The notes under the pieces were generated by a model, which did no database searches, was not told the DNA's origin, and worked only from the letters and a program-made list of their open reading frames with translations. Positions 17,430 to 24,524 of a stretch of 26,625 nt of DNA are shown here, one piece after another (the stretch's first letter is position 1; every line of letters begins with the position of its first letter). Made by a program: the position numbers and the translations under genes. Origin of the DNA: an uncultured virus (IMG/VR IMGVR_UViG_2663762966_000001) (taxonomy: Duplodnaviria > Heunggongvirae > Uroviricota > Caudoviricetes). Location of the stretch: the IMG/VR virus record IMGVR_UViG_2663762966_000001, positions 62,001 through 88,625 of that record. One strand, 5' to 3'.

Positions 17430-17891
17430 TTAATCATCCTTCCCTATTTCATCCATCAACTCGGATAATGACTGAACTTCAAGTGTCAGCTTATTCTCTT
17501 GTTTGTCAGCTAAGCCAAGCTCACGGGCAACAATAGAAGCATTAAGCAATCCAGCACTTGCACCTTCAAACTTTTGAGTGAAGATAACCCTTTTGATATC
17601 GCTACAGATTCCAATAAAACCTTCTTTAGAGCAGTAAGTTGCCCAAGTCTCATCAGAGATATCAAGAAAGAAACACAAACCTTGAATGGTCATTGCGCGC
17701 ATCTTGGGCAACTCTTCAACTGTTACAACGCCCTCATATGCAAATGCCTTAGCTTCCTCTAGTGGGTTATCTGTCACCCATTCAAAATACTCACAGGCAG
17801 CTTCCCATAGTTGTTCTGGATCTTCGAAGATCGGTTTCCGACCATGAGAGCTGCGCTGCTCCCAGAATCTATTGCCGATTGGAGCTGCCAT
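17430..17891 (-). CDS. terS: Terminase small subunit, P22 gp3-like
   Basis: MAAPIGNRFWEQRSSHGRKP...CEYFEW...KMRAMT...QKFEGA..GLLNA.IVARELGL closely tracks P22 gp3 as recalled. Confidence 0.93.
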   Translation of the reverse strand: MAAPIGNRFWEQRSSHGRKPIFEDPEQLWEAACEYFEWVTDNPLEEAKAFAYEGVVTVEELPKMRAMTIQGLCFFLDISDETWATYCSKEGFIGICSDIKRVIFTQKFEGASAGLLNASIVARELGLADKQENKLTLEVQSLSELMDEIGKDD

Positions 17892-17900
17892 ATTTAATTC

Positions 17901-18386
17901 CTATTGTTCTAATGCGAATTTAAGATCATCAGGTGTTTCCAAATAACATCCGTTTTTATTGCAGAAGGCGTGAATGTCGTTAAGGTATTCAGTGAATTGA
18001 GCTGTACTTGCATCTGTAGTGCTCATTAGCTCGCATAGGCCGTTTGCTACATCTTGGTAAAGAGGATGCTTAGAATCCTTCAACTCTCTAACAGCCTTGA
18101 ATGTTTTCTTGTATTGGCCAACGTCATCACGGTCATAGATTTTTGCTAAGAAGTTCTTCTTGAAGAACAGATGCTCATAGTCTTTATCCGTTCCCTGCTT
18201 CTTACTCCAAGTATGAAGCCACATCCAGTACAAACGGTTTTGAGCCTTTGAACGATCTTTCTCTTGTGGTGCAATCAATACGACTAACGGCTTCCCTTCA
18301 CTCGCTGCCTTTGCATGATTGGTATTGAGATACCCAATTACATAGTTGATGTCAGAATGGTTTTTGATGACGAATCTAGGTTCCAT
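17901..18386 (-). CDS. NinB/YbcN-family protein
   Basis: Motifs RSKAQNRLYW and STTDASTAQFTEYLNDIHAF. Confidence 0.75.
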   Translation of the reverse strand: MEPRFVIKNHSDINYVIGYLNTNHAKAASEGKPLVVLIAPQEKDRSKAQNRLYWMWLHTWSKKQGTDKDYEHLFFKKNFLAKIYDRDDVGQYKKTFKAVRELKDSKHPLYQDVANGLCELMSTTDASTAQFTEYLNDIHAFCNKNGCYLETPDDLKFALEQ

Positions 18387-18395
18387 TTTGACCTC

Positions 18396-18598
18396 GCAAT
18401 AAAAAAGACGCTGTTAAGCGCCTTTTTGAATTCTATATATGACCAGCAAGTCTTAATTAAAATTTAGCTAGAGTTTTCATGGCCGTATCCTCAAGGTTTA
18501 TTTATAGTTTATTAAAGTAACTAGATATACATCAGAAACTTTAATTTACCTGAGAATTGATCAATGTTCAAGCAATAAAAACCACCCTTAAGGTAGTT
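18396..18598 (-). terminator. Two imperfect terminators flanking an AT-rich spacer
   Basis: Hairpins at about 18401-18428 and 18577-18598, each followed on the minus strand by TTTTT(T)ATTGC. Confidence 0.55.
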
Positions 18599-18602
18599 CT
18601 GG

Positions 18603-18893
18603 TTATTCTCCAGTTAGTGCTTTCTGGAATGCTTTATTGATCTTCTCTTTAACTTCTTGATCGAGATTTGCTTCATATATCAAAATCATTCGTGCATGAT
18701 TAAATTCATATGAAGTTCTGTCATAGTCAGTACTACTTAAATAGTGGTCCAGCTGATCACTTTTACTAACGCCAGAGAATCCAAAGCCATTTTCATTAAC
18801 AGTAGCTTTAACGTAGTCACTTATTTTCATTTTTAATGCCAAATTATCAAGAACATTCAATATATCAAAAAACATCCTGCTCTTTAAGCTCAC
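18603..18893 (-). CDS. Hypothetical protein
   Basis: ORF track. The real start may be MKISDYVK (ATG 18830). No family recognised. Confidence 0.5.
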   Translation of the reverse strand: MSLKSRMFFDILNVLDNLALKMKISDYVKATVNENGFGFSGVSKSDQLDHYLSSTDYDRTSYEFNHARMILIYEANLDQEVKEKINKAFQKALTGE

Positions 18894-19053
18894 TAATAAG
18901 AGCCGCCTTACCTAACATGCGCTCTCTAGATAACGTTTCCTTCTTTGTTTTACGGCCTAATCCGCGCCCACCACCTTTATTTCCGACTCTTTTAGACCAA
19001 TACTCATAGTCACAATTTTGTGGCTTACTGCCTTTGCGAGTCCTACTCATCAA
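18865..19053 (-). CDS. Small basic hypothetical phage protein
   Basis: Coupled to the upstream gene, K/R-rich, DYEYWSKR motif. Confidence 0.6.
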   Translation of the reverse strand: MMSRTRKGSKPQNCDYEYWSKRVGNKGGGRGLGRKTKKETLSRERMLGKAALISELKEQDVF

Positions 19054-19325
19054 AACACCTCACCATCTTTAATATTAAGCATCCGCTCTGTTTTTTCTAA
19101 CATCTTGTCGAACCATTCTTTAGATTCTACAAGTCCCATCCCTCGATACTGGTCAAACCATTGATGGCAGGAATGGCACAAAGGTATTGTGTATTTATCA
19201 TCTGCTTTAATGCCCTTGCCTTTACCATGTTCACTGAAATTAGAATGAGCCGCTTGTGAGTGAGGATAACCACATCTAACGCATGGTAACGCTCTTATTT
19301 CGTTTAGCCTCTTTGTCGAACGCAT
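19050..19325 (-). CDS. DUF968/DUF1364-like Zn-binding HNH-like protein
   Basis: PCVRCG...AAH...GKGKGIKADD...IPLCHSCH. Confidence 0.8.
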   Translation of the reverse strand: MRSTKRLNEIRALPCVRCGYPHSQAAHSNFSEHGKGKGIKADDKYTIPLCHSCHQWFDQYRGMGLVESKEWFDKMLEKTERMLNIKDGEVF

Positions 19326-19479
19326 TTTCTAGATTCTCTATTCTGGTTCTGAGAGTATTTACTTCACGCTGACATTCAGTCTTAAACGTATGGCTGCTGA
19401 ATAAATGGTTATAGTTTTCTAACCGGCTAAGATTACGTTTATAGATTTCTAAATTCTTCTTCGCTTCGATTGTGTCCAT
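19276..19479 (-). CDS. Hypothetical coiled-coil phage protein
   Basis: Likely start MDTIEAKKNL (ATG 19479) after a GGGGTG RBS. Confidence 0.6.
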   Translation of the reverse strand: MDTIEAKKNLEIYKRNLSRLENYNHLFSSHTFKTECQREVNTLRTRIENLENAFDKEAKRNKSVTMR

Positions 19480-19481
19480 GT

Positions 19482-19694
19482 TCACCCCAATGCTTCTTGC
19501 AAATCCGATAATTTGTAATGAGTATGTGGATTGTTGATTCCTACAATGCATTTATCAGCACAATAGCCATGTACTTTAAAGTGATCATTCCATTCATCTA
19601 CGTAATACACTGCATCAGGATGGGCCTCTTTCAGGATGTCAGTAACCTTATCTCTGCCCAGCTTTTCAATTAGTTTCTGCGCTTTCATACACAC
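19482..19694 (-). CDS. Hypothetical phage protein
   Basis: ORF track. Tightly packed with the downstream genes. Confidence 0.6.
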   Translation of the reverse strand: MCMKAQKLIEKLGRDKVTDILKEAHPDAVYYVDEWNDHFKVHGYCADKCIVGINNPHTHYKLSDLQEALG

Positions 19695-19697
19695 CCT

Positions 19698-19726
19698 AAA
19701 AAAGAAAACCCCGCACTTGGCGGGGC
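19698..19726 (-). terminator. Intrinsic terminator
   Basis: CCCCGC-caagt-GCGGGG followed by TTTTCTTTTT. Confidence 0.75.
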
Positions 19727-19732
19727 ATTTAA

Positions 19733-19981
19733 TTAAACTTTTAGAACTTCAATCTTTTTTACACCAGGTATTAGTGTTGGCCCAGATATGCCTATAATTT
19801 TGAATCGCTCAGTAAACCCATCTGAATAAGTTCTAATGAGCATGTTGCCAATATGTATGCCCTCTAGATCACCTTGAGTGTAGACTGCCTCATTTGAATC
19901 GATTCTACACTTCTCTAATTGAGACTTATCACCATTAGAGTCAATCACGTCTAAAGTTTCAATATAGCCAAACACAAGCAT
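19733..19981 (-). CDS. Hypothetical protein (probable moron)
   Basis: 82 aa with an AT-rich upstream region and its own terminator. Confidence 0.6.
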   Translation of the reverse strand: MLVFGYIETLDVIDSNGDKSQLEKCRIDSNEAVYTQGDLEGIHIGNMLIRTYSDGFTERFKIIGISGPTLIPGVKKIEVLKV

Positions 19982-20265
19982 TTTCTCTCAAAGATTAAGA
20001 CATGCTCAGTAGACTACAAAACATACATAATTGCAAATAAGTATTTGAATTATCAATAGTTAATTATATTTTATCTTTCCACACTTTCTGCATTCCCTGA
20101 TTGGGTCGTCGTTGTAATCCAAACCATATTCCCAAACATGTATGCAAAAGACCTGCTTAATAATTCGGAGCATGTGAACCTCCAAAAAAATAGCCCTACG
20201 TTTAAGCATCGACTAGAAATCCAGTCCAGCACATCGGAATCCAATGTTCTAAGCTCGTAGGGCAT

Positions 20266-20298
20266 AAAAGCAAAAAGCCCACGATTAAGTGAGCTTTT
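20266..20298 (-). terminator. tR'-like terminator downstream of the late promoter
   Basis: AGCTCAC-ttaatc-GTGGGCT followed by TTTTGCTTTT, 40-70 nt after the predicted +1. Confidence 0.7.
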
Positions 20299-20331
20299 AA
20301 ATAACGCTAGTGAACCTGACTACTCAAGCGC

Positions 20332-20372
20332 ACTATACCAGAAATACTATACTGCGCGTTTAAACGAGTCAA
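20332..20372 (-). promoter_or_regulatory. Lambda pR'-like late promoter with sigma-dependent pause element
   Basis: TTGACT (20372-20367)-17 bp-TAGTAT (20349-20344)-6 bp-TATAGT (20337-20332, +1..+6). Palindrome CGTTTAAACG lies in the spacer. Confidence 0.7.
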
Positions 20373-20916
20373 CACCAAATGCATCAAAAATATTAAATTT
20401 CTGCCTAATTAGATCAATATTACTGAAACACTCAGTGCGACCACAAAAATGTTTCTTAGGTGTATATCTGTATTTTTCCAAAAGTCTTAATAGCAAAGTC
20501 TCAAATTTATAGAGCTTCTTTCTATCTCCATTTTGCAAACTTAATACATCAAACTGGTATGGAAGCCTACTATTATCAGGAAATCTAGCCTCTAGGGATT
20601 TGGTAGTAATTCCAATTTTATAGAACTCTTCTTGCTCATCATAACAGCGAATTAGATAAATCATTGCTCCTTGGTCCATTAAGCTTTCTTCATTGCAGGC
20701 TACACATCCTCTACCTGCTAATAGCTTCTTTGCCCTAGTTCTTATCCAACCATGTTTCGGGCATTTGATCTCAACTGTTGATTCAACATCCTTATCAAAG
20801 ACTACTCTAGAGAAATCATAATCAAAGTCCTCATAGGTCAATTCTAAGAGTTTCATAAAATTTTGGTGACGACGTTGCATAGCTGTGGCTACGCAAGTAA
20901 TATTGCGCACAGTCAT
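20347..20916 (-). CDS. GIY-YIG superfamily (T5orf172/MUG113-like) nuclease with N-terminal Zn-ribbon
   Basis: Zn module IKCPKHG...GRGCVAC, then MIYLI...YKIGIT...RF...E...GRTECF. Confidence 0.8.
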   Translation of the reverse strand: MTVRNITCVATAMQRRHQNFMKLLELTYEDFDYDFSRVVFDKDVESTVEIKCPKHGWIRTRAKKLLAGRGCVACNEESLMDQGAMIYLIRCYDEQEEFYKIGITTKSLEARFPDNSRLPYQFDVLSLQNGDRKKLYKFETLLLRLLEKYRYTPKKHFCGRTECFSNIDLIRQKFNIFDAFGVDSFKRAV

Positions 20917-20980
20917 TTTGGAGCCTCAATTTCAATTTGATTAGAGCCATATAGGTGTTGGTAGCACCTGTATGGCTTGC
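20910..20980 (+). ncRNA. Putative cis-antisense RNA over the nuclease start and RBS
   Basis: Plus-strand TTGCAT (20875)-17 bp-TAATAT (20898) lies inside the gene start. The 13-bp hairpin at 20945-20977 has its G-U wobble only on the plus strand. Confidence 0.45.
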
Positions 20981-20986
20981 TTAAAT

Positions 20987-20995
20987 ATTATACCA
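20987..20995 (-). promoter_or_regulatory. Extended -10 promoter for the nuclease gene
   Basis: Perfect TGgTATAAT just downstream of the Q stop codon. Confidence 0.6.
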
Positions 20996-21010
20996 TAAAA
21001 ACAATTAAAC

Positions 21011-21451
21011 TCATGATATTCTTAATCTTTTATCATGTGCGTGAAGAAAAAATCTTGCACATCCGACCATGATATTTACCTGAGCTTTAGACTGGTTTGT
21101 AATGCCAGCCACCGCACTTAAAGATCGATTTTCGACCTTATGCTTAACTAAGCACATCACTGCATATTTAGCCTGATAATCCACTGATTCTGATTTAAAG
21201 ATGCTGCGCAACAATGCCTGCACTTGATCCGCCTCAAAATCATTAATCTCACAACGGATGTAAGCCTTACTTCTTGGAACTTCTTTTCCTGCTTCACGCA
21301 TCAACCAATAGATCTGATTGATATGCAATCCATCTGGCAAATCACCTCCTTTCATGCGCACAGTTTCACACCAAGCGCCGAACTGCTCTAGCCATCCATC
21401 AATTGTGTATTTATTCCAATCCATTACTGGTGTTACTACTGCTGCATTCAT
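21011..21451 (-). CDS. Q-like late gene antiterminator
   Basis: WLEQFGAW N-terminal motif, CxIxDxEA and a C-terminal HTH (RSLSAVA...SKAQV). It is the last nin-region gene before a pR'-like promoter. Confidence 0.72.
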   Translation of the reverse strand: MNAAVVTPVMDWNKYTIDGWLEQFGAWCETVRMKGGDLPDGLHINQIYWLMREAGKEVPRSKAYIRCEINDFEADQVQALLRSIFKSESVDYQAKYAVMCLVKHKVENRSLSAVAGITNQSKAQVNIMVGCARFFLHAHDKRLRIS

Positions 21452-21461
21452 CTCTATCCCC

Positions 21462-21677
21462 TTACTTCGCCCAATACTGTTCTTGCACTTCTTTTAGTTG
21501 CGGTATTTCTTGCCAGAACTCTACACGCTCCCAACTCACTCGGTTTTCAATATAAAAGTAACCATCACCACAAATAGGCTTGCCAAATCTAATTTTCCCA
21601 TCATCACAAAGGCACATAACTTTCTTATTTGGTGGTTGGTCTTCTACATGGATCCACTGTGCTGCTACTGCATTCAT
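21462..21677 (-). CDS. DUF551-like phage protein
   Basis: WIHVEDQPP...VEFWQEIP is the DUF551 bracket pattern. Confidence 0.7.
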   Translation of the reverse strand: MNAVAAQWIHVEDQPPNKKVMCLCDDGKIRFGKPICGDGYFYIENRVSWERVEFWQEIPQLKEVQEQYWAK

Positions 21678-21686
21678 ACCGTCACC

Positions 21687-21947
21687 CTAACCCTTGTAAT
21701 TTATTTTTGCTTTAACTTTATTTCTTCGATCTGCATCAAATTCTTTGATTTGCTTGTAAACCGATTTAACACCAAGAACGTAAAAGATAATTAAGACCGG
21801 AGCTAACAGAAGTCGAAGAATTATCAAGAGCAACTTTAGGAAGGCTTCCAATCCATCCAACAGATCACACCAGTTGTCCGAAAGCCATTCTTTAACTTTC
21901 CAAGTGTTCCAGCCTATTGCTAGCTTTAATGCCTCTTTATCCATCAC
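21687..21947 (-). CDS. Hypothetical membrane protein
   Basis: Hydrophobic stretch FLKLLLIILRLLLAPVLIIFYVLGV. Coupled to the upstream gene. Confidence 0.6.
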   Translation of the reverse strand: MMDKEALKLAIGWNTWKVKEWLSDNWCDLLDGLEAFLKLLLIILRLLLAPVLIIFYVLGVKSVYKQIKEFDADRRNKVKAKINYKG

Positions 21948-22396
21948 GCCACCTTCTTCCCGTTCATTCCCCAGATCAACATGCCTGCGTCACGCTGTTC
22001 TTGATTCGTTCGACCTTGCCAACCAGTTATCTTGTTAAACTGCTCTGCATTGAGCTTTGATTTAGTTGGCTTCACGAGTAACACCGCTAGACCTAAAGCC
22101 TGCGCTATCTCAGCCAATAAGATGCCAGTCGCATGATTCATCCCGACACGTCTAGCAATCTGCTCATTCACTTGCCTTGAGTGTCCGCCACCTACTCGGA
22201 AATTGGCTTTCTTATTTTCCCAACCTGCTTCGATCACAACCTTTTTGATGCTGTCCTGTTCATTTCTGAATAGCTCAACAGTTTCAGGGAAAGTTAGATT
22301 TTTGAGTTGGAGGTCATTCCCAAGAATGGCGACTCCCGACTTTTCCAAGTCAGGATCGATGCCAATGATGATTTGAGCCTCTTTGAATGTTGTCAT
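21944..22396 (-). CDS. RuvC-like (RNase H fold) Holliday junction resolvase
   Basis: IIIGIDPD...GVA, VVIE and RDA acidic motifs in a nin-region position. Confidence 0.75.
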   Translation of the reverse strand: MTTFKEAQIIIGIDPDLEKSGVAILGNDLQLKNLTFPETVELFRNEQDSIKKVVIEAGWENKKANFRVGGGHSRQVNEQIARRVGMNHATGILLAEIAQALGLAVLLVKPTKSKLNAEQFNKITGWQGRTNQEQRDAGMLIWGMNGKKVA

Positions 22397-22767
22397 AGCT
22401 CAATCCTATGGTTGGTTAGGCTTGCACCTTTTGAGATGGCCTCTTCTGCTTTCTTGCGATGTTCATCGTATTGATCCCCCTTGAGCGCTTGCTCTAAATC
22501 CCAGATAACATACAAGATTGTGTCGATATCCCATTTCTCATCTGAGTTCATATTTCTGTAATCCTGAATTTTGAAAAGCGCATCATCCACCCGCTTTTGC
22601 AGCTCCTCCACTTTCGCTTGCTGGTGCTGATACATCTGCCAAGCTTGTTCGGTAAGGTTGTTGACGTAATCAATTCTTTCTGTAATTTCTGGATACGTGG
22701 TTAAGTTCCATCCATTACTTCTGGCGATCACTTCAAACTCTTCTCTACACTTATCCATCTCAAACAT
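22393..22767 (-). CDS. Hypothetical phage protein
   Basis: MDKCREEFE...AWQMYQHQQAKVEELQ pattern of small Acinetobacter phage early-region genes. Confidence 0.65.
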   Translation of the reverse strand: MFEMDKCREEFEVIARSNGWNLTTYPEITERIDYVNNLTEQAWQMYQHQQAKVEELQKRVDDALFKIQDYRNMNSDEKWDIDTILYVIWDLEQALKGDQYDEHRKKAEEAISKGASLTNHRIEL

Positions 22768-22990
22768 CCTTTGATTTACACAGCGGGCTGATGCGGTTTT
22801 CTATGGGGAAGTCGTCGCCCATGTCATTGTCAATGCGCGTTAAGTGATGACTAAGAACCATAGTGTTATCCTTATCGCCAGCAAATTTAATAAAGCTGTT
22901 TCTAGGTGAAATTGCCCCGTAATAAACAAAGGTTGCTACGCCATTCTTAAACCTGTATTTGACTTGTTCGCCCGCTTTAAACTCACTCAT
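22760..22990 (-). CDS. Hypothetical phage protein (76 aa), last phage gene before the junction
   Basis: Real start is MSEFKAGEQV (ATG 22990). The longer track ORF is antisense sul2. Its RBS is cut off by the junction at 22996. Confidence 0.65.
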   Translation of the reverse strand: MSEFKAGEQVKYRFKNGVATFVYYGAISPRNSFIKFAGDKDNTMVLSHHLTRIDNDMGDDFPIENRISPLCKSKDV

Positions 22991-23017
22991 GGCTGGATTA
23001 TTATTATAGAAGCCCCC

Positions 23018-23833
23018 ATGAATAAATCGCTCATCATTTTCGGCATCGTCAACATAACCTCGGACAGTTTCTCCGATGGAGGCCGGTATCTGGCGCCAGA
23101 CGCAGCCATTGCGCAGGCGCGTAAGCTGATGGCCGAGGGGGCAGATGTGATCGACCTCGGTCCGGCATCCAGCAATCCCGACGCCGCGCCTGTTTCGTCC
23201 GACACAGAAATCGCGCGTATCGCGCCGGTGCTGGACGCGCTCAAGGCAGATGGCATTCCCGTCTCGCTCGACAGTTATCAACCCGCGACGCAAGCCTATG
23301 CCTTGTCGCGTGGTGTGGCCTATCTCAATGATATTCGCGGTTTTCCAGACGCTGCGTTCTATCCGCAATTGGCGAAATCATCTGCCAAACTCGTCGTTAT
23401 GCATTCGGTGCAAGACGGGCAGGCAGATCGGCGCGAGGCACCCGCTGGCGACATCATGGATCACATTGCGGCGTTCTTTGACGCGCGCATCGCGGCGCTG
23501 ACGGGTGCCGGTATCAAACGCAACCGCCTTGTCCTTGATCCCGGCATGGGGTTTTTTCTGGGGGCTGCTCCCGAAACCTCGCTCTCGGTGCTGGCGCGGT
23601 TCGATGAATTGCGGCTGCGCTTCGATTTGCCGGTGCTTCTGTCTGTTTCGCGCAAATCCTTTCTGCGCGCGCTCACAGGCCGTGGTCCGGGGGATGTCGG
23701 GGCCGCGACACTCGCTGCAGAGCTTGCCGCCGCCGCAGGTGGAGCTGACTTCATCCGCACACACGAGCCGCGCCCCTTGCGCGACGGGCTGGCGGTATTG
23801 GCGGCGCTGAAAGAAACCGCAAGAATTCGTTAA
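23018..23833 (+). CDS. sul2: Sulfonamide-resistant dihydropteroate synthase Sul2
   Basis: MNKSLIIFGIVNITSDSFSDGG...LAALKETARIR, 271 aa, 816 bp, GC-rich. Confidence 0.99.
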   Translation: MNKSLIIFGIVNITSDSFSDGGRYLAPDAAIAQARKLMAEGADVIDLGPASSNPDAAPVSSDTEIARIAPVLDALKADGIPVSLDSYQPATQAYALSRGVAYLNDIRGFPDAAFYPQLAKSSAKLVVMHSVQDGQADRREAPAGDIMDHIAAFFDARIAALTGAGIKRNRLVLDPGMGFFLGAAPETSLSVLARFDELRLRFDLPVLLSVSRKSFLRALTGRGPGDVGAATLAAELAAAAGGADFIRTHEPRPLRDGLAVLAALKETARIR

Positions 23834-23919
23834 CTGCACATTCGGGATATTTCTCTATATTCGCGGTTCAGCAGGCATGTCCCCTTTGAGGGCGACCCGA
23901 CGACAGGATAATCGACCTT

Positions 23920-24162
23920 ATGGTGCGCAAATATTTCGGCACAGACGGTATTCGTGGCAAAGCCAACGAAGGCGCGATGACGGCGGAAACCGCCTTGCGC
24001 GTCGGCATGGCGGCTGGCCGTGTCTTTCGTCGCGGTGACCACCGCCATCGTGTCGTGATCGGCAAGGATACGCGCCTGTCGGGCTATATGCTTGAACCCG
24101 CGCTCACAGCCGGTTTCACCTCGATGGGCATGGACGTATTCCTTTTTGGCCCGCTGCCGACA
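23920..24162 (+). pseudogene. glmM: Truncated phosphoglucosamine mutase that accompanies sul2
   Basis: [13 protein letters not shown]...[13 protein letters not shown]...GPLPT, then broken by the CR2 ori end. Confidence 0.95.
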
Positions 24163-24322
24163 ACGTATAGGAAGAATAAACGCCCTTTTCACCCAAGTCC
24201 AACAGCTTTGGACCGCAGTTGACTCTTTCGACACCCCTGCGATGCAACCCAATCCGGCTGACGGGGAGCCAGCAACGCTGAAAATTTACCCTCCTCTTTC
24301 CCACTAGCGGCTCCTTTTCCGA
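24163..24322 (-). mobile_element. ISCR2/CR2 oriIS end fragment (about 160 bp, no rcr2 gene)
   Basis: The reverse complement reads GCGTTTATTCTTCCTATACGT, the IS91-family/CR2 ori terminus, in its usual position after glmM'. Confidence 0.88.
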
Positions 24323-24426
24323 TAATTGGTTTTGGGAAAAAAGAAGAGTTTAAGGAAATTTTGGCAATTTTAAGAAGGCAGAACCCTGATAGGATAAGGG
24401 TTCTGTGAAATTTGTCGTGTACAGAG
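24323..24426 (+). mobile_element. Terminal 104 bp of ISAba1 (transposase C-terminus and inverted repeat)
   Basis: Ends in TTTGTCGTGTACAGAG (reverse complement CTCTGTACACGACAAA, the ISAba1 IR). Encodes IGFGKKEEFKEILAILRRQNPDRIRVL*. Confidence 0.92.
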
Positions 24427-24453
24427 AAGAATTTTATATTTGTCAGTAAACTT

Positions 24454-24480
24454 AAAAAGCCAGCTAATAGCTGGCTTTTT
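24454..24480. terminator. Bidirectional terminator downstream of the second antirepressor
   Basis: AAAAAGCCAGCT-aat-AGCTGGCTTTTT. Confidence 0.85.
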
Positions 24481-24524
24481 ATTAGGGGAGTCCTATTTAG
24501 ACATCTTTATATTTTGATAAGCCC

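Noticed and set aside
8305..17762. Assorted short antisense or out-of-frame ORFs within structural genes
   Set aside because: All are nested in well-supported phage genes and show no independent motifs.
20071..20265. 64-aa ORF in the late leader, and a possible tRNA there
   Set aside because: The ORF lacks an RBS and overlaps a structured RNA. The structure lacks a T-loop GTTC, a D-loop and an anticodon arm, so it is not called a tRNA.
22959..22983. Possible phage-derived promoter for sul2 (TTGACT...TAAACT)
   Set aside because: The spacer is only 13 bp, which is not a workable sigma70 geometry.
22760..23368. 202-aa ORF spanning the junction, and the 289-aa extended Sul2 starting at 22964
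   Set aside because: Both are chimeras across the junction. The real genes start at 22990 (minus) and 23018 (plus).
22987..24307. Many overlapping ORFs within sul2/glmM/CR2
   Set aside because: Shadow frames expected in GC-rich DNA that is already explained by known genes.
22997..24426. Claim that sul2 is carried as cargo inside an intact prophage
   Set aside because: Phage genes do not resume on the far side, there is no target duplication, and both junctions coincide with repeat boundaries (ISAba1, CR2). It cannot be supported without read evidence.
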